DNA of 64,000 nucleotides from Podarcis gaigeae (lineage: Eukaryota): NCBI GenBank assembly GCA_964106915.2, contig OZ066929.1; one strand, given 5' to 3'. Below, piece by piece: positions 27,601-42,412 of this stretch. The notes below the pieces were generated by a model. It was given only the letters and a program-made list of their open reading frames with translations, searched no databases and was not told the origin of the DNA. Numbering within the stretch: position 1 is the stretch's first letter; each line of letters begins with the position of its first letter. A program made the translations under genes and the position numbers.

Positions 27601-28782
27601 TTAAAAACACAGTGGAACTTAGTTGACCTTGTCTCACTTTTTGATACAGAAAAAGATAACGAAAGAGTTAACGGCTTTAAGAAAAAAACTGTCTCATATG
27701 ATTAGAAGTAAGTTGAAGTCTGGTGTAACAGATTAGGCATGTTGGGGAGGGAAAGACCCCTTCTGCTGCACTGAAGATCAGTGATAGACACGGGGCAGCG
27801 GCAATGTCCCTTCAGCTGCTGCTGACTCCAGTTGTCTTCCTATTGTTGTTCCATTTTAAAAAGTGGGAACTCTCCTTAAATTTGCAAGAACCAGTCTTTG
27901 CATATTGTAGTTTTCTGTGTGTTTTAAACATTGCAAAGGGAAGCAAGCCTCATGTTTCTCTGGGGCATTTTAGTTTTATTTTTCTTTAGAAAAACTGCCT
28001 TGTGTTAAAAAAAAATAAAAACCTTGGCCATGAACCAAGACTTCCCTCTTTGAGCCCTTAATTTTATTGTAAAGATTTATTTTATATATGCAGTTTCAAA
28101 CCATGAAAGCCATTTTTAAAAGTGTATATGCAGAAGGGAACAGTTGCATTGTGCTCTTTGAGGGACAGATTTTTGTGTTCAGGTATCAAGGCAGGAATTT
28201 AGAACTTGGTGAGAATTTACTTGTAAAGGAGTCAGCTGGCAAAATTCTGGTCCTGGCTGCAACATGAAGGGAATACATTGTGGACCCTACGTGCCAATCC
28301 ATTCATTCCCCTTGCTTCTGAATCTGCCAGCCTCTTTCTCTCACCTCAGATGCCCTTGTTCCCCCCCCCCCTTTCACCACCTTCAGATTTGGGGATCACA
28401 AGGTGCTTTCTCTATAAAAAACTTCCTCTTGTGAAATCTTGAACTGATCCAGGTTAACGGAAAAAGGAGCAGAAAGGTAACCAAAACAACAATGAAACAT
28501 TGAGCAAGGGCTTGTGAATTCTAGCTTGGTAATAAACCTCCTGTGTAGTTTAAATCGTTCTCACCTTTCCATTGCATATCTAAAAGTGGATAACATACTT
28601 TTCTGCAAGGGACTTGAGAGGTAAATCTAAGCTTCACAACTGCTGTGCAGAATACTGCAACAAATGTATCATTGTTGGAAGAAGCATTCCAAAATGTGAC
28701 TCAAAAATCCGGCTTTCTGCTCCTTTTTCTATTCCCCATCTGGCTGTTTGTTTCACGTTTCAAGACAGATCTGTGTTTGTGA

Positions 28783-28938
<156 letters not shown>

Positions 28939-30024
28939 TAAGTACTCTTTCCAGTATAAGTTTCTGCTTTGGCTCCAGCAAATCTGTTGGCGATGGGAGC
29001 GTGTAAACGTGGAGCAGCTGCAGAAAACACCTTTCTGCTGGTGTTGGCATCTGTAAACGGCATAGGATGGAACTGCGAGGGGGAGCCCACACAGGAGGTT
29101 GCATGGGAGTGGCTATTGATCATTGCCTTCAGGGATCTTTCTGCCAGAAACAGATGGAACGACCTGAACTTCTCCTAGGTCCCACTACTGTGGCACCATC
29201 CACTCACAGGGTCACTACCCAAGAGTTTGTTTCAGCCTTACTGTGTCATTGGCTTGTTGGACCTGGCTCTTATGCAGCGTTGCATTGATGTTAGGGTGAC
29301 TTTTAACGGAACAGAAAGACAATGATGAATAGTCGCAAAATAGGCCAGCGCACATCACTCAAATGAACCAGGCATTGCATGACTTCCTACTAGTTCTATA
29401 AGATACAGTACCACTGGATTAGTCTTTTTGTATCTGCTTTAGGCAGAATGGGAATTAACATGTCCCTTGGATGCAGGGATGGAGGCTGTCATAACTCTAG
29501 ATGGTTGTCTGCAGAGATTAATTTAAGTGTCGTTGGACGGGGGGTGGGGGAGGCAGGGCCATACATTCATTTCTAATAGAGTGTCTGTTTATGAAATATG
29601 CATTACCAGTCTCCTGAAAGGTACTTGGAAAGTGCTGGTTAGCAAGATGCTCGCTCATAGAATGGCTTTCCTCTTTCCTCCCCGCAGTTAACTTGCCACT
29701 AGCTTAACATCAGAAAGCCGCTAATTAAACTGGTTTACATGAGAGACCTTGTTTAGACAGAGATTGTGTCGCATCTTTTTCTCTTGCAACTACACAAATA
29801 TAAGTGCTTCAGACGCCACTTCCATCAGTTAACTGAACAGGTTCAAAATTAGAAATGATGCTGTCCATTTGTCCTTTAGCGTGAATCATTTCTCTTACGC
29901 AAAATGTCTTGTTCTTGGCATCCTGTTGTGTGCGTTTCACATTCCTCCCTTCCGTTGTGGCTGTGAATCTATATGCATATGGAGTTAGGGAGTTTCTGAG
30001 GTCTTCCTTTTCTCCCACTTCCAG

Positions 30025-30181
30025 GACCATTGTTCCATGGAAGACCTTCCGTCAGGCCTTACATGAAGTGCATCCTATAAGTTCAGGGCTAGAGGCAATG
30101 GCACTGAAATCTACTATTGATTTGACATGCAATGATTACATTTCAGTGTTTGAATTTGATATCTTTACCCGCCTCTTTCAG
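30025..30181 (+). CDS. CBL: CBL exon 4 (EF-hand)
   Basis: ttccag|[18 protein letters not shown]...[21 protein letters not shown]|gtaagt; 157 nt. Confidence 0.97.
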
Positions 30182-30765
30182 GTAAGTAAAACAAAAGGGA
30201 ATGGCTTTCTTAAACCCAGGTGAAGCTTCACAATTGACAAGCTTCCCTTGGTCTATAGTACGCTTATGGTGTTGTTATCTCTTGTGTTAGTGGTGAGCTA
30301 GATCTGTTGACCTGCCGTCGCCATTTCTGACTTCTGGAAATAGGAGGATCATTTTTGGGCACAAGGGGACTGTTCATTACAGCAACTTTGACAGGAAAGC
30401 TCCCTTGCATCAGCCGACTTTGTTCTGTGTCAGTACAGAAGGTTGGGATTCATTGAGAATTCAAATCATAGTTTAATCGCACACTTCATATTAAGCTTCA
30501 ATAGCTTCCAGCCTCTGTTCTCTGATTGGAATATTAAGCAGCCCATTCTACAGCATGGTTGATCAGATAACTGAGAGCAGGATTGTAACATTCATCTTGC
30601 GGAATCCTACAAGATTGTGTGCCACAGTTTTAAATCCACTGGATGCTTACTTGGGAGTAAGTCCCATTGAACATAAGTTATACCCAGCCAGATGAGTGGT
30701 TAACAATAACAATAATAATAGTTATTATTTAATAAACCTGGGTAATCTGGCTGCCTGAGAAATAG

Positions 30766-31023
<258 letters not shown>

Positions 31024-31954
31024 TGAGTTCTTGAAGGCAGCATCCCTTTCTGAAGCCTCTTGTTATCCTACTGTCTACTGCACACTGCACTCTTGTCAAA
31101 GGAAGTTTGACATGACTCAAGGCCACTGGAAGGCACTGTGGCATTGCTGCCGGAGATCTAAGCTTAAGGCAAGACATAAAGGGTTTTAGCATTAACCCAT
31201 TGGTCTCCCTAAACTTCAGCAGTAAAAATAACAGGGCTGCAGAGCAGGTTGTTTTAAGAGGTGTGGGGAAAGCTCTTCATTTTTGAGAAATAAGGACAGG
31301 GTTTAAGGTCTGTCACTGATGGTGTGGGTAGTTTTACAAATAACAGGTTGTGTGTGTGTGTGTTGTGTGGAGTGCTCTCCACCTTGAGTAACAAATCCCA
31401 AAGCTCATTTAGGGCAGTGATGTACCGCCAAGTCATCACTTCTGTGTTGTGTAGTCCAAAGCAAAATCCAGCACTTGCAAGTCTCTTCAAGTCTCTACTC
31501 CACCTCTCTTGTCGGCAAGCCAGGGGTGGGTGAAGGAGTTGTGCCGGAAGTGTCTAACCTCCTGGAAGTCCGGAAAAATATTCCGAGCCCACGTGGTAGC
31601 TTTGGACCTGGCCAAGGGACTAGAAAACACTGGCTGCAAGTTTTGACGTGCTCTTCAGGCCTAAAATCCTGCAAATATATCTCTTTCTGGGAAAGAGATT
31701 ATTGCTTTACATTGCCGAAGAGTTGCCTTCTAGGTATTTCCTTCAGAAATGGAAAGCTGCTATATAATGTAAAACTAATTTACTGCCTCTCGGAAGTCAG
31801 GAGCATCCTTGCAAGTAAGAAGGCTCAATTTCATGTTGAAAGAGGTCTTCAGATAATTTGAATCCTTTCTGTCTGGCTGTAGGGTTCTGCCTTTGATCTG
31901 CAGGCGAAACTGTTTCAGCCATTCCATCTGAAAGAAAGAGCTCTGTCCAGCTAG

Positions 31955-32134
<180 letters not shown>

Positions 32135-32787
32135 TAAGTAACTCATCAATGTAGTTTGTCATGACTCCTGCCCGTTTCTGTTAGTGTGTCTGTAGGATGA
32201 TGCCCTTCAGATGCAGGTTTTACCTCCTTGGCTCCTGCCCCTGGAAGGCAGATGGAAACAGCTGCATTCATTATGCTGGGACCTGGCAAAGGTGTAGTAC
32301 TTTTGAAACATCAAGCAGTGATAACTCCATTCTCTATGATTTTTTAAGGCATTTTTTCATTCTGTGGACCACATAACTGCACAACCTTTAGGCTTATACA
32401 TTCACAGTTTTCACAAACACATGCTTAATTGTCAGATTTTGGAATGGACTCTGAATTTGAGATTATTCTTGCAGTCCTAAAATGTGTGTCAGTTTCGCCT
32501 TTCAGCTTTTAGGCTCTTCAGTTCAGCTCAGAGCACAAAGAGCACAACTGTGATGCAGTTGTGGCCTTGCCCAGTTGTTCGGCCAAGGTGTTGTGGCAAG
32601 AGTGACTAGGCGAGGAAGTTGAAGTTAAGAGCACTTGTCATTTATCAGCACCTTTGTTTTAGCACATACGGCAACCAGAAAACAAGCTTTTAAAAAAAGC
32701 ATTCTTCATTTTATAGGTGCTTGCATTTAAAACAATTATTCATCAAAATCACCCCCCGCTGTTCAAAGCATTATATTTCCCAACTGA

Positions 32788-33069
<282 letters not shown>

Positions 33070-33506
33070 TAAACAAAGCACAACTCGGAGCTCAGCTTTG
33101 GGAAGAAAGAGCATTAAATCTCAATTGGATCCCAGGGCAGTCAGGAACATGGTTCAGAGTGCAGAGCTTGTAATGTTATTTTTTTCCTTCTTATTCAAGG
33201 GCACGACTCTGGAAACCTTTGTACTTAAGGGGTGGGGTGGTATAATCAGGCCAATTCCATTTTGGTGACCTTTGACTGCCACCTCTTTGGAGGAGAAAAT
33301 ATGTGGCCATAGGTTAGGCCTTTTTTTTAAGTGCATGCCTTAAATTTTTCATTGCCACTGGGATTTTGAAAGCCATCTAGGTGATGCTCTTGATTATGGT
33401 AAAGAACACAAATGTTACCACCTTGTACATTTGGGTTATCTGGCAGTTATTACAAGGAGCGGCATTATTAAACCCTCTCACATGTTCTTTTCCCTCTTGC
33501 TCTTAG

Positions 33507-33728
<222 letters not shown>

Positions 33729-33830
33729 TGATGAAGCAGATACTGTCAAGTCTACAAAAGGTGTCTCTGTGGGGGTAGGGAGTTGTCTTTAGGCCATGTT
33801 GTCTTCAATGCAAATAAGCGGCTATGCAGA

Positions 33831-34250
33831 GGAAGAGCCTGGTGGCTGGATCAGGCCAATGGCCTATCTAGTTCACATTCCTGTTCTCACTGTGGCCAAC
33901 TAAGGTACGTAGAAGAAACTTGAAAGCCAGACCTGAGCACAACCACATCACCCTCCCAGTTTGCGATTCCCAGCAACTGGTATTCAGAGCTGTACTAGGC
34001 TGTAGCCAACCCTAGTTCTACTCATTTAAGTTAATGGATTAAGTTAGGACCATTAATTTTAACACATCTAAAATTAGAACTAGAAGTAGAACTTGGCCAT
34101 TGTGTTTAGTAGCCACTGATAGCCTTATGTTCCATGAAGTTGTCTAATCCTCTTTGAAAACTATCCACATTGATGGCCGCCACTGCTTCTCACAGGAATG
34201 AATTTTATCATTTAATTTTGCACTGTGCAAAGAGGTACTTTCTTTTGTCT
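33831..34250 (-). mobile_element. CR1-type LINE 3' end, degraded
   Basis: Reverse-complement similarity to 5232-5590 (ggatcaggcc...ctgttctcactgtggccaac...tctaatcctcttt). Confidence 0.5.
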
Positions 34251-34547
34251 CTCCCGATGTTCAGTTTCCTTCAATGTCTACAAGTTCTATTCTAAAGAGA
34301 GAGAGAGTGAAACATTTTCCTTGACTCACTTTTTTATGACATTGGCAAAGAATAGTTCTAGCAGAAATGCTGCAGTTGTGGGGCACCTCGATTTTCCTTC
34401 TCTTTCCTCTAGCTGGCATTAGTATGTTCTTACTGACAAGGTTTCTTCTCACCATGGGTACACCATTATCTGTAGGCTGCCTTGAGGCCTGTCAGAGAAA
34501 AAGGCAGGGTATAAATAAATATAACAACAACAACAACAAACTTATAG

Positions 34548-34796
<249 letters not shown>

Positions 34797-35410
34797 TAGA
34801 TCTTTCTTGTCTTCAGCTCAAGGTGGTTTCGCATGTAGCTCCCATGAGGTCTCCCATCTAGGCATTGACTCACCCCAGACCTGCTTGCTTTCAGCAAGGT
34901 CGCAGCTGTCTCTGCCTTCAGATCATGCCCTGGGACCTGACTCTCCCTCCCAGTATGAGCTGTGTGTGCTGATCTTGTCTAACATCTCACTTGTCCTTTT
35001 GGGTGGCTTAAGACTTCCTGGATTCAAATGCAAGTCGTAGATCCAGTGGTGGTGCTCTGGTGATGGTATGATTGCCTTAATCCTCTGGAGCAGATTTTGG
35101 AGGGGGCAGGGGGTTGCAAGGGGGAGAAGGAATCACCAAATTTGCTTCCTTCCTCATTTTGTAGAAAGAAACGACTGAGTGAGAAACCTTGGCTACAAAC
35201 CGCTGCCAGGAGATTTCTCTATCACACATATATATGTGGATCTGCAACAAAATGTTACGGTGTGGAGCTTTGCTGTTCAAGATGCCTGCGTGCCAGCCAT
35301 GCCCATTCTACTCCACACCATTCTGTTCTGATTGTCCCCTTTCAGCAGTTGCTTAGAGCATGCATTGCACCCAGCGTGTTTTGGTCCTCATGAGGCTGTT
35401 TTTTCATACC

Positions 35411-36489
35411 ATCATAGAATTGTGGAGTTGGAAGAGGCCTCACGGGTCGTCTAGTCCAACTGCCTCCAATGGAGGAATCGTGCCTAAAGAATCCCTGCCA
35501 AATGGCCATCCAACCTCTGCTTAAAAACTTCCAATGAAACAAGAGCCCATTGCCTTCCGAGGGAGACCATCCCACAGTTGAACAGCTCTTAACTGTTGGA
35601 AAGTTCTCCCAGATTTTTAATTGGAATCTTCTTTCTTGTTATTTGCATCCATTGGTTTGGTCCTGGCCTCTGGAGCAGCAGAAAACAAGCTTGCTCCATC
35701 TCTCATGTGACAGCCCTTCAGATATTTGAAGATAGCTTATCATATCACCTCTCCAGTTTAAATATACCCAGCTCCTTCAAGTGTTCCTTATAAGGCTTGC
35801 AGACCCTTGATCACTGTGGTGCCCAGAACCAGACGCAGTATACTCCTGGTGGTATCTGACTCAGGCAGAATAGAGTGATACCAGTACTTCCCTTGATCTG
35901 GACACTATCCTTCTGTTGCAGTACAGAACATTAGGGTTTTTTGGCTGCTGCATCACATAGTTGACTCACATTAAGTTTGGGGTTACTGAGACCCCTAGAT
36001 CCTTTTCACAGGTACTGCTGCCGTCTGCTGTCCCTATCCTGCATCTGGCTTTTCTGGCCTAAGTGTAGAACCTTACATTTGTCGCTGTTGGAATTTGTTT
36101 TGTTAGTTTTGGCCCAGTTCTTCAATCTGTTAAGGTAATATTGAATCAATCTTCTGAGGTATCGGCTACCCCTCCCTCAATTCTTTCACCCAAGTCTTTT
36201 ATAAAGATGTTGAACAACAGAACCTTGCAGCACCCCACTTGTCCCAGTTTTCCAGGATGGCAAGGAACCATTAGTGAGTGCTCTTTGGGTTTAGTCAGTC
36301 AACCTGCTACAAATCCACCTAACAGTAACATCATCTAGCCCACATTTTACTAGCTTCTCTGCAAGAATATCATGGGGGACTTTGAAAGCCTTAGTGAATT
36401 CAAGCTATGTACATCCACAGCATTTCCCTGATCCACCAAGCTTCTAACTCTCTCGGTCAGAAAAAAAGAAAAAAAGAAGATTAATAAGA
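35411..36489 (-). mobile_element. CR1 LINE fragment
   Basis: Starts atcatagaattgtggagttggaag...tctagtccaac (typical CR1 3' end on -) and continues into degraded RT-coding sequence. Confidence 0.75.
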
Positions 36490-36728
36490 TACAGTGGTAC
36501 CTCAGAACTCGAACATAATTCATTCCAGAACACTGTTCAACTTCCGAAACGTTCAAGTTCTAATGCACTCCTTCCGATTGGCCGACAGCTAGGTTTTTGC
36601 ACAGTGGAAGCTGCGTTGGACATTCGTGTTCGAGAAACATTCGAAAACCAGAGCACTTCTGGGTTTTCGGCATTCAGGAGCCTAAATGTTTGAGAACGGA
36701 GCCATTCGAGTTCTGAGGTACCACTGTA
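36490..36728. mobile_element. Tc1/mariner MITE at the edge of a CR1 fragment
   Basis: TA|CAGTGGTACCTCAGAACTCGAA ... TTCGAGTTCTGAGGTACCACTG|TA; perfect 22-bp TIR. Confidence 0.85.
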
Positions 36729-37705
36729 ATAGGAATAGTTTGTCTTCTTCCTTTTAGCAGCCTTTTGCATTGTTCTGTTTTGTAATTCCATGGTTCTCCC
36801 AAGCCCAGTGATTCTCTCGCATGTGGGTCAAGCTGCTTTTGGCTGTAAATGGATCCATACCTGGAGAAGGTTCTTAACCTTGGCCTACCTTAAAGCAATT
36901 TTATAATTGCGTATAGACTTCTGGTATTTGGTTTGACTTGTATGTGAACCATGTTGTTCTTTGTTTTGTGCACATAATCATGGCAAGAGACCATTTACAC
37001 AAGTATTTCCTATTTCTGTGTCAGCTGGGCCTGTGATCATGATGACAGAGCACGCCATCTAGTGGCTAAATAAAAAAAAAATAGGCAGGTTGAAAATCCA
37101 GTGCCTGTGGGCTGGGTTGTTTGGATATTTAATTTCTATACAACTTAATATATTGAAAGCCTCTCTAAGTAGTGTACAGGAAACTGAAGCAACCACAGAT
37201 GAATAAAATATTATAAAAAATGCACGGTTACAAATAAAAATGTTACGCTGATGCAACGTTACCAATATATAAGAATCTGTACAAATTCATTTTCTTTCTG
37301 ACACACCTGCCACTCAGCTTCCAGGTTCTCACCCAGGGTCCAAGCAAACTCTCAGCTCATCCCCCCCCCCCAAAAAAAATCCCACAACGAGAAGAGTTCC
37401 TGGAAACAGTGGACATCACCCTTGCCTCTCACTCTACAGTAGATATGCTTTTCATGGACAGCCGAAGGTGGGCATGCAGTGTGGTGTGCAGACTTGTCGG
37501 TGACAAGTCTATATTCAGAGCATGTTCCTTTCGAAATGAAGTATCAGGGCTGTTGGGGAAATTCAGCGTATCTCTATATGCTCAGCACTGTGTTCAAGGT
37601 AAATTGCTAGCTCACAGCCTCAGGCAGTGGGAACTTTGTTATTAACACCCACACACCCACACACCCCAACACCTTTAACCAGGGCTTCTTTTGAAATATT
37701 TGCAG

Positions 37706-37837
37706 GTAGAACGTCCTCCTTCTCCATTTTCAATTGCTCCTCAGGCATCGCTCCCCCCAGTACCTCCCCGATTAGACCTTCTGCAGCAACGAGTGTCCAA
37801 TCCATCAGGAGCTTCTAGTCCAGGGACCACCTGTAAG
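37706..37837 (+). CDS. CBL: CBL exon 10 (Pro-rich)
   Basis: ttgcag|[44 protein letters not shown]|gtacaa; 132 nt. Confidence 0.94.
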
Positions 37838-38244
37838 GTACAAACTCCACCTGTCTTCTTTTGTAGTGGTGAAAGTAGGAATGACACCTTCCTCTTTCCG
37901 AATGGGGTAATTTTCCTTTTATCCGAGGAGATCTGTGTGGAAGCTGTCTCGTGTGTTTCATTATTTTGCTATCTGGACCATCTCTTCCTTGGGTGCAAAC
38001 CAGGGTACGCATTGGCTTGCCATCTTGTCTGGCGTTTGACACTCCTGGTCGCCGTACTGATGGATATTGTGTTACTCAGCACAACCATTTAGTGGTGCTT
38101 GCCCTCAGGACATGCCTCAGTTTCTTGTTACCCTGCAGTTGCTACCGGGATCAGGTTTTTGTGGGACACCAGGATTCTGATTGCAAGCTTAGACTTCACT
38201 TGCCAGCTTTTCCCATCTTACTTACTGGTCTTTGTTTCTCCTAG

Positions 38245-38622
38245 GCTGCACCTGGCTCCCTCCACAAGGACAAACCTTTGCCGATCCCTCCGACGCATCG
38301 AGATCTCCCCCCTCCGCCACCTCCGGACAGGCCGCATTCCCTTGGGCCCGAGAGTCGGCCCCAGAGGCGGCCTCTGCCCTGCACTCCAGGAGATTGTCCT
38401 ACCAGGGACAAGTTACCCCCTGTGCCTTGTAACCGCCAGGGGGACCTCTGGTCGTTGCGGCCGATTCCGAAAGCTCCAGCTGTAGCCCTAAGCCCCAACG
38501 AGCCTTGGGCAAGTCGGGAGTTGACGAACCGGCACTCGCTTCCATTCTCGCTGCCTTCTCAGATGGAGTCCAGAGCTGACACTCACAGGCTCGGGAGCAC
38601 TCTCAGCCTGGACACCCCAGCA
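38245..38622 (+). CDS. CBL: CBL exon 11 (Pro-rich)
   Basis: tcctag|[30 protein letters not shown]...[16 protein letters not shown]...LSLDTPA|gtaagt; 378 nt. Confidence 0.95.
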
Positions 38623-38705
38623 GTAAGTGCATCTCAGGCTAGCGGCCGTGTTAGTTTTGCACACTCATACGCCCTGCGTGGAAAATTGCTGCTCTGTATT
38701 ATTCA

Positions 38706-38965
38706 GACGCGGGTGGCGCTGTGGTCTAAACCACAGAGCCTAGGGCTTGCCGATCGGAAGGTCGGCGGTTTGAATCCCCGCGACGGGGTTTGCTCCCTTC
38801 CTCGGTCCCTGCTCCTGCCTACCTAGCAGTTCAAAAGCACGTCAAAGTGCAAGTAGATAAATAGGTACTGCTCTGGCGGGAAGGTTTCCGTGCGCTGCTC
38901 TGGTTCACCAGAAGCGGCTTTATCATGCTGGCCACATGTCTGCAGACAAACGCCGGCTCCCTCGG
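38706..38965 (+). mobile_element. Sauria-type tRNA-derived SINE, 3'-truncated
   Basis: gacgcgggtggcgctgtggtctaaaccacagagcc... with A/B-box-like motifs; aligns with the copy at 52845. Confidence 0.85.
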
Positions 38966-39811
38966 AGGAGGGTATGGGGGGTGAATCAGTATCAGTGTTA
39001 TGCCTTCCCCACCATGTGTGCAGCATAACCAGCAGAGATGTAGGCTGTAGACACTGACATCTCTGGGATCTTATCTCACCTTTCTCATTCTGTGAATCCA
39101 TGTGCATGAATCGAAAGAGGCAGGGTTGCACAAATGGTGCGTGCATTTGGCTTGGTATTCTTAGGTCTCCTGTGTTAGGTGAATGTGTGCAAGTGTCTGT
39201 GGTCTCCCACCCCACCTACACACAGAGAAGGCCTAGAATGAACTGGACTGTAGCATTACATATTAAACAGAACAGTTAACATGGAAAAACTCCTGTAATG
39301 CCAGTTGCAGTTGAGTTCTTTGAGTGGGCTAGGAAGCAGTGTGAAGAGGACTTGTCCACTGAAACCCACAGGTACACACACCCAACAATGACTACTTTGG
39401 TCATTGCAGGCAATATTTTAGCCACTAAGTCAACAGTTTCTGGTTTGTCCAGAACATCCCTACTGGACTCAGGGAACTGTTTTTTATAATCTCACTGAAC
39501 CAGCTTCCTAACACTGTATGCTTTACCCATAATAGCAAGCAGCCCATAATAGCAAGCAAGGAAACAAAGCTTGTTTTTTTCCCCACCCCTTGCCCTGCTT
39601 GCTTGGTCATATTTTTTTCAAGCAAGTTTCCAGACAGTAGCTGTTTTGAAATTGCAAAGCAAGTCTTTCTGACATACGGCCCTTTAGATCAGGTAACAAG
39701 CAACCCCTAGGAATTCTTTCTTACCGTGAAAAGGTAAACGTGGGCTGTGTGGGGATGTCTCCATTTTCTTTCAGACCATCTGCCAGTGCTGGTATTTGAT
39801 TTGTCTTGCAG

Positions 39812-39906
39812 AATCAACCTGGCGGGGTCCCAACTGGCTCAGACAGTGAACATTCTAAAATAAAACCTTCTTCTTCTGCCAATGCCATCTACTCTCTTGC
39901 TGTAAG
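39812..39906 (+). CDS. CBL: CBL exon 12
   Basis: ttgcag|NQPGGVPTGSDSEHSKIKPSSSANAIYSLAV|gtatgc; 95 nt; not in the ORF track. Confidence 0.92.
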
Positions 39907-40018
39907 GTATGCTCTGGAGCGGGGGCTTTGCCGACAGAAATTTCCTTGAATTGCAGCCAGTGTACAATTGATGTATACCAAGGGTCATCAGTGGGTGCAT
40001 TTCTGAGATGGATTACTG

Positions 40019-40252
40019 TACAGTCATACCTCGTGTTGCATCCGCTTCATCTTGTGTCTTTTCGCGTTACATCCCGCAACAACCCAGAAGTACCGGAACG
40101 GGTTACTTCCGGGTTTCGCCGTTCATGCATGCGCAGAAGCGCCAAATTTGCACCGTGCGCCTGCACAGACACAGCGATTCGAGTTGTGGGCATTTCACGT
40201 TACGGACGGGCCTTTGGAACGGATCCCGTCCGTAACATGAGGTACCACTGTA
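40019..40252. mobile_element. Tc1/mariner MITE
   Basis: TA|CAGTCATACCTCGTGTT ... AACATGAGGTACCACTG|TA. Confidence 0.78.
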
Positions 40253-40831
40253 TCGTATATGAATGCAGACCTCCAGCCTTGTTAGTTTCAGCATGTGGAT
40301 TCTCTTGCATTTGTCACTTACTGTGCTCCTTAGAGGGGTAGGGAGTGGAAATATAAAATAAGTGCAGGAACTATGGAATAGATAAGATATTTTACATTAA
40401 TCTGGCTGAATTGGAGGTTTTAAAGTTTTTTTATGTTACTCTGTTTATGTTTTTGAGTTATTTCAGTCCCGAAAATCAGTCAAAATGTCCTGAGGACTCA
40501 CTCCCAGAGTTGTAAATTTATAAACCCGTCTGGAGAGTGGTTAGAGCATTGCAACCCTAAAAGGGTATAATAAATCAGCTTATTGAAACTGACCCTCCTT
40601 CCCCATTTACCCACGAGGCTCTGAGGCCTCTGCTACCTGACAGATGCCACCATGGCACACCTTGAACCGCCCCGTGTGACACACAACACGTCACAGTGTT
40701 GCGTTCCTAGAATCTGATTCTTGAGCTGGAAGCCCCTTGTTTGACACTATGTTCTCAGAGAGCCGATTGCTGCTATTTTGTCCTTGTTAGATGTCACCGT
40801 TGACTGTGAACCTTCTCGCTCTCTCCTCTAG

Positions 40832-40987
40832 ACCATTGCTTGTGCCAAAGCTACCGCCTGGAGAGCACTCGGAGAATGATGAAGACACAGAGTACATGTC
40901 ACCCTCGTCCTTGCCTCTTGTGCCCCCTGGCTCTGCTGTACAAAAACCAGAGGCCAAATTGCCCTTGGAAATGAGTCAAAGCTTACG
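40832..40987 (+). CDS. CBL: CBL exon 13
   Basis: ctctag|[26 protein letters not shown]...EMSQSL|gtgagg; 156 nt; Y700-equivalent EYMSP. Confidence 0.93.
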
Positions 40988-41754
40988 GTGAGGCGGCCCA
41001 TTCAGGGCAGTACAATGGCTGGATTATTTACTTGCTTGCCATTGGGTTTATTTATTTTCCCATTTCTAGATTCCAAAGGCTCTGAGTCAGTTGTGATACT
41101 TAAAAGCAGCTACTGATAACTTGCAGATTTATATCAACACTCCATCTGAGTCCCACTTTGAAAGTTTTGGCATAGCCTTTGAAAGACAGCCCATCATCCA
41201 AGAGTTTCTTCGTTATGTCCCTTGATTTATGTAGTATTGCCATCTGCAGTTGAGTTGCTTTGTGTCTGGGTGTGGGTTCCTTTTGAATGTGCCCAAACAG
41301 CTGCTGCAGAGTCAGATTCATAAAATATTTTGAGGCAGCTGTCAGTCAGCCCCTCCTCATAAGGATGCATCCTTCGTTTGCCTTGCTCAGAAATCTTGAG
41401 ATGCACTTGGGAAGTTATAAATACAAAAGGATATTAAAGATGTATTACGCTCAAAACAAAACAAAACAAACTCTGACTTAGTTTTGTACGGCAAATGTTT
41501 GAAATTCAGTTTTGAATACAACCAAAACAGAGACTTGCCCTTCTAGGGTGATCCAGATCCTTTGGGATGGGGGGAACCTCTGGTCCTCCAGAAGGACGGG
41601 ACTCCCAACTATCAGGAGTGATGGGAGTTGCTGTTCATCATCAACTGGCAGTCCACAGGTTCTAAAGCTTATTCTGGTGTGGCAAATGCTTGCTCTCCTC
41701 ACCTCATTTTTGTCACTTACTTTTTTAAAGGGTGTATTGCATTTGTATCTAATG

Positions 41755-41999
41755 TACAGTCGTACCTTGGATCCTGAACGCCTTGCGAGTTGAACTTTTC
41801 GGCTCCCAAACGCCGCAGACCTGGAAGTGAGTGTTCTGGTTTGCGAACGTTCTTTGGAACCCAAACGTTTGACCCAGTTTCCGATTGGCTGCAGGAGCTT
41901 CCTGCAGCCAATCGGAAGCCACACCTTGGTTTCCAAATGTTTTGGAAGTTGAACGGACTTCCGGAACGGATTCTGTTCAACTTCCAAGGTACCACTGTA
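41755..41999. mobile_element. Tc1/mariner MITE
   Basis: TA|CAGTCGTACCTTGGA ... TCCAAGGTACCACTG|TA. Confidence 0.8.
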
Positions 42000-42308
42000 C
42001 TGATGATCCATTTCCCAAAAACAACTCAACACGATACACAAAGTTTCTGTGTAGCAGTAGAAAAATACAGAATGGGTTCTTGGAGTAGAAATGTATTTGA
42101 AAATATGGTGGTGAGTGATGCTTCAAGGTTTGCACGATGTAGGGGACAAATGGAGCGCAGTTTTGCTAGGCGGTTGGCAGTATGTAGCCCAGATATGTTC
42201 TGGGTGCTGATGGCCCTGGGTACTAGGTGCTGATGGCCCTGTCCTCCTGCAGGATCCAGCCGAGTTCCTGAAGCCAATGCCCTTTCTTTTTTCTTCTTCT
42301 CTGCTTAG

Positions 42309-42412
42309 AATGTTGGACTGTGACCAGGAAATGGACGGGTGCACCTATGAAGCAATGTTCAACATCCACTCCCAGGCAGCTCCTTCTGGCTCTGAGGCTA
42401 CCAATATTCCTG
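42309..42412 (+). CDS. CBL: CBL exon 14
   Basis: gcttag|MLDCDQEMDGCTYEAMFNIHSQAAPSGSEATNIP|gtaagt; 104 nt; YEAM motif. Confidence 0.93.

Noticed and set aside
38623-38826. Read-through extension of the exon 11 ORF (182 aa)
   Set aside because: Continues past a consensus GTAAGT donor into intron and SINE sequence.
39526-39558. Short tandem duplication cccataatagcaagca x2 (similar ones near 9833 and 21280)
   Set aside because: Ordinary replication-slippage duplications with no sign of function.
39775-39811. Alternative upstream acceptor for CBL exon 12
   Set aside because: Adds 37 nt and shifts the frame; the 39812 acceptor gives the expected in-frame 95-nt exon.
41478-42233. 187-aa and 147-aa ORFs in CBL intron 13
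   Set aside because: They run through a non-coding MITE; no transposase motifs.
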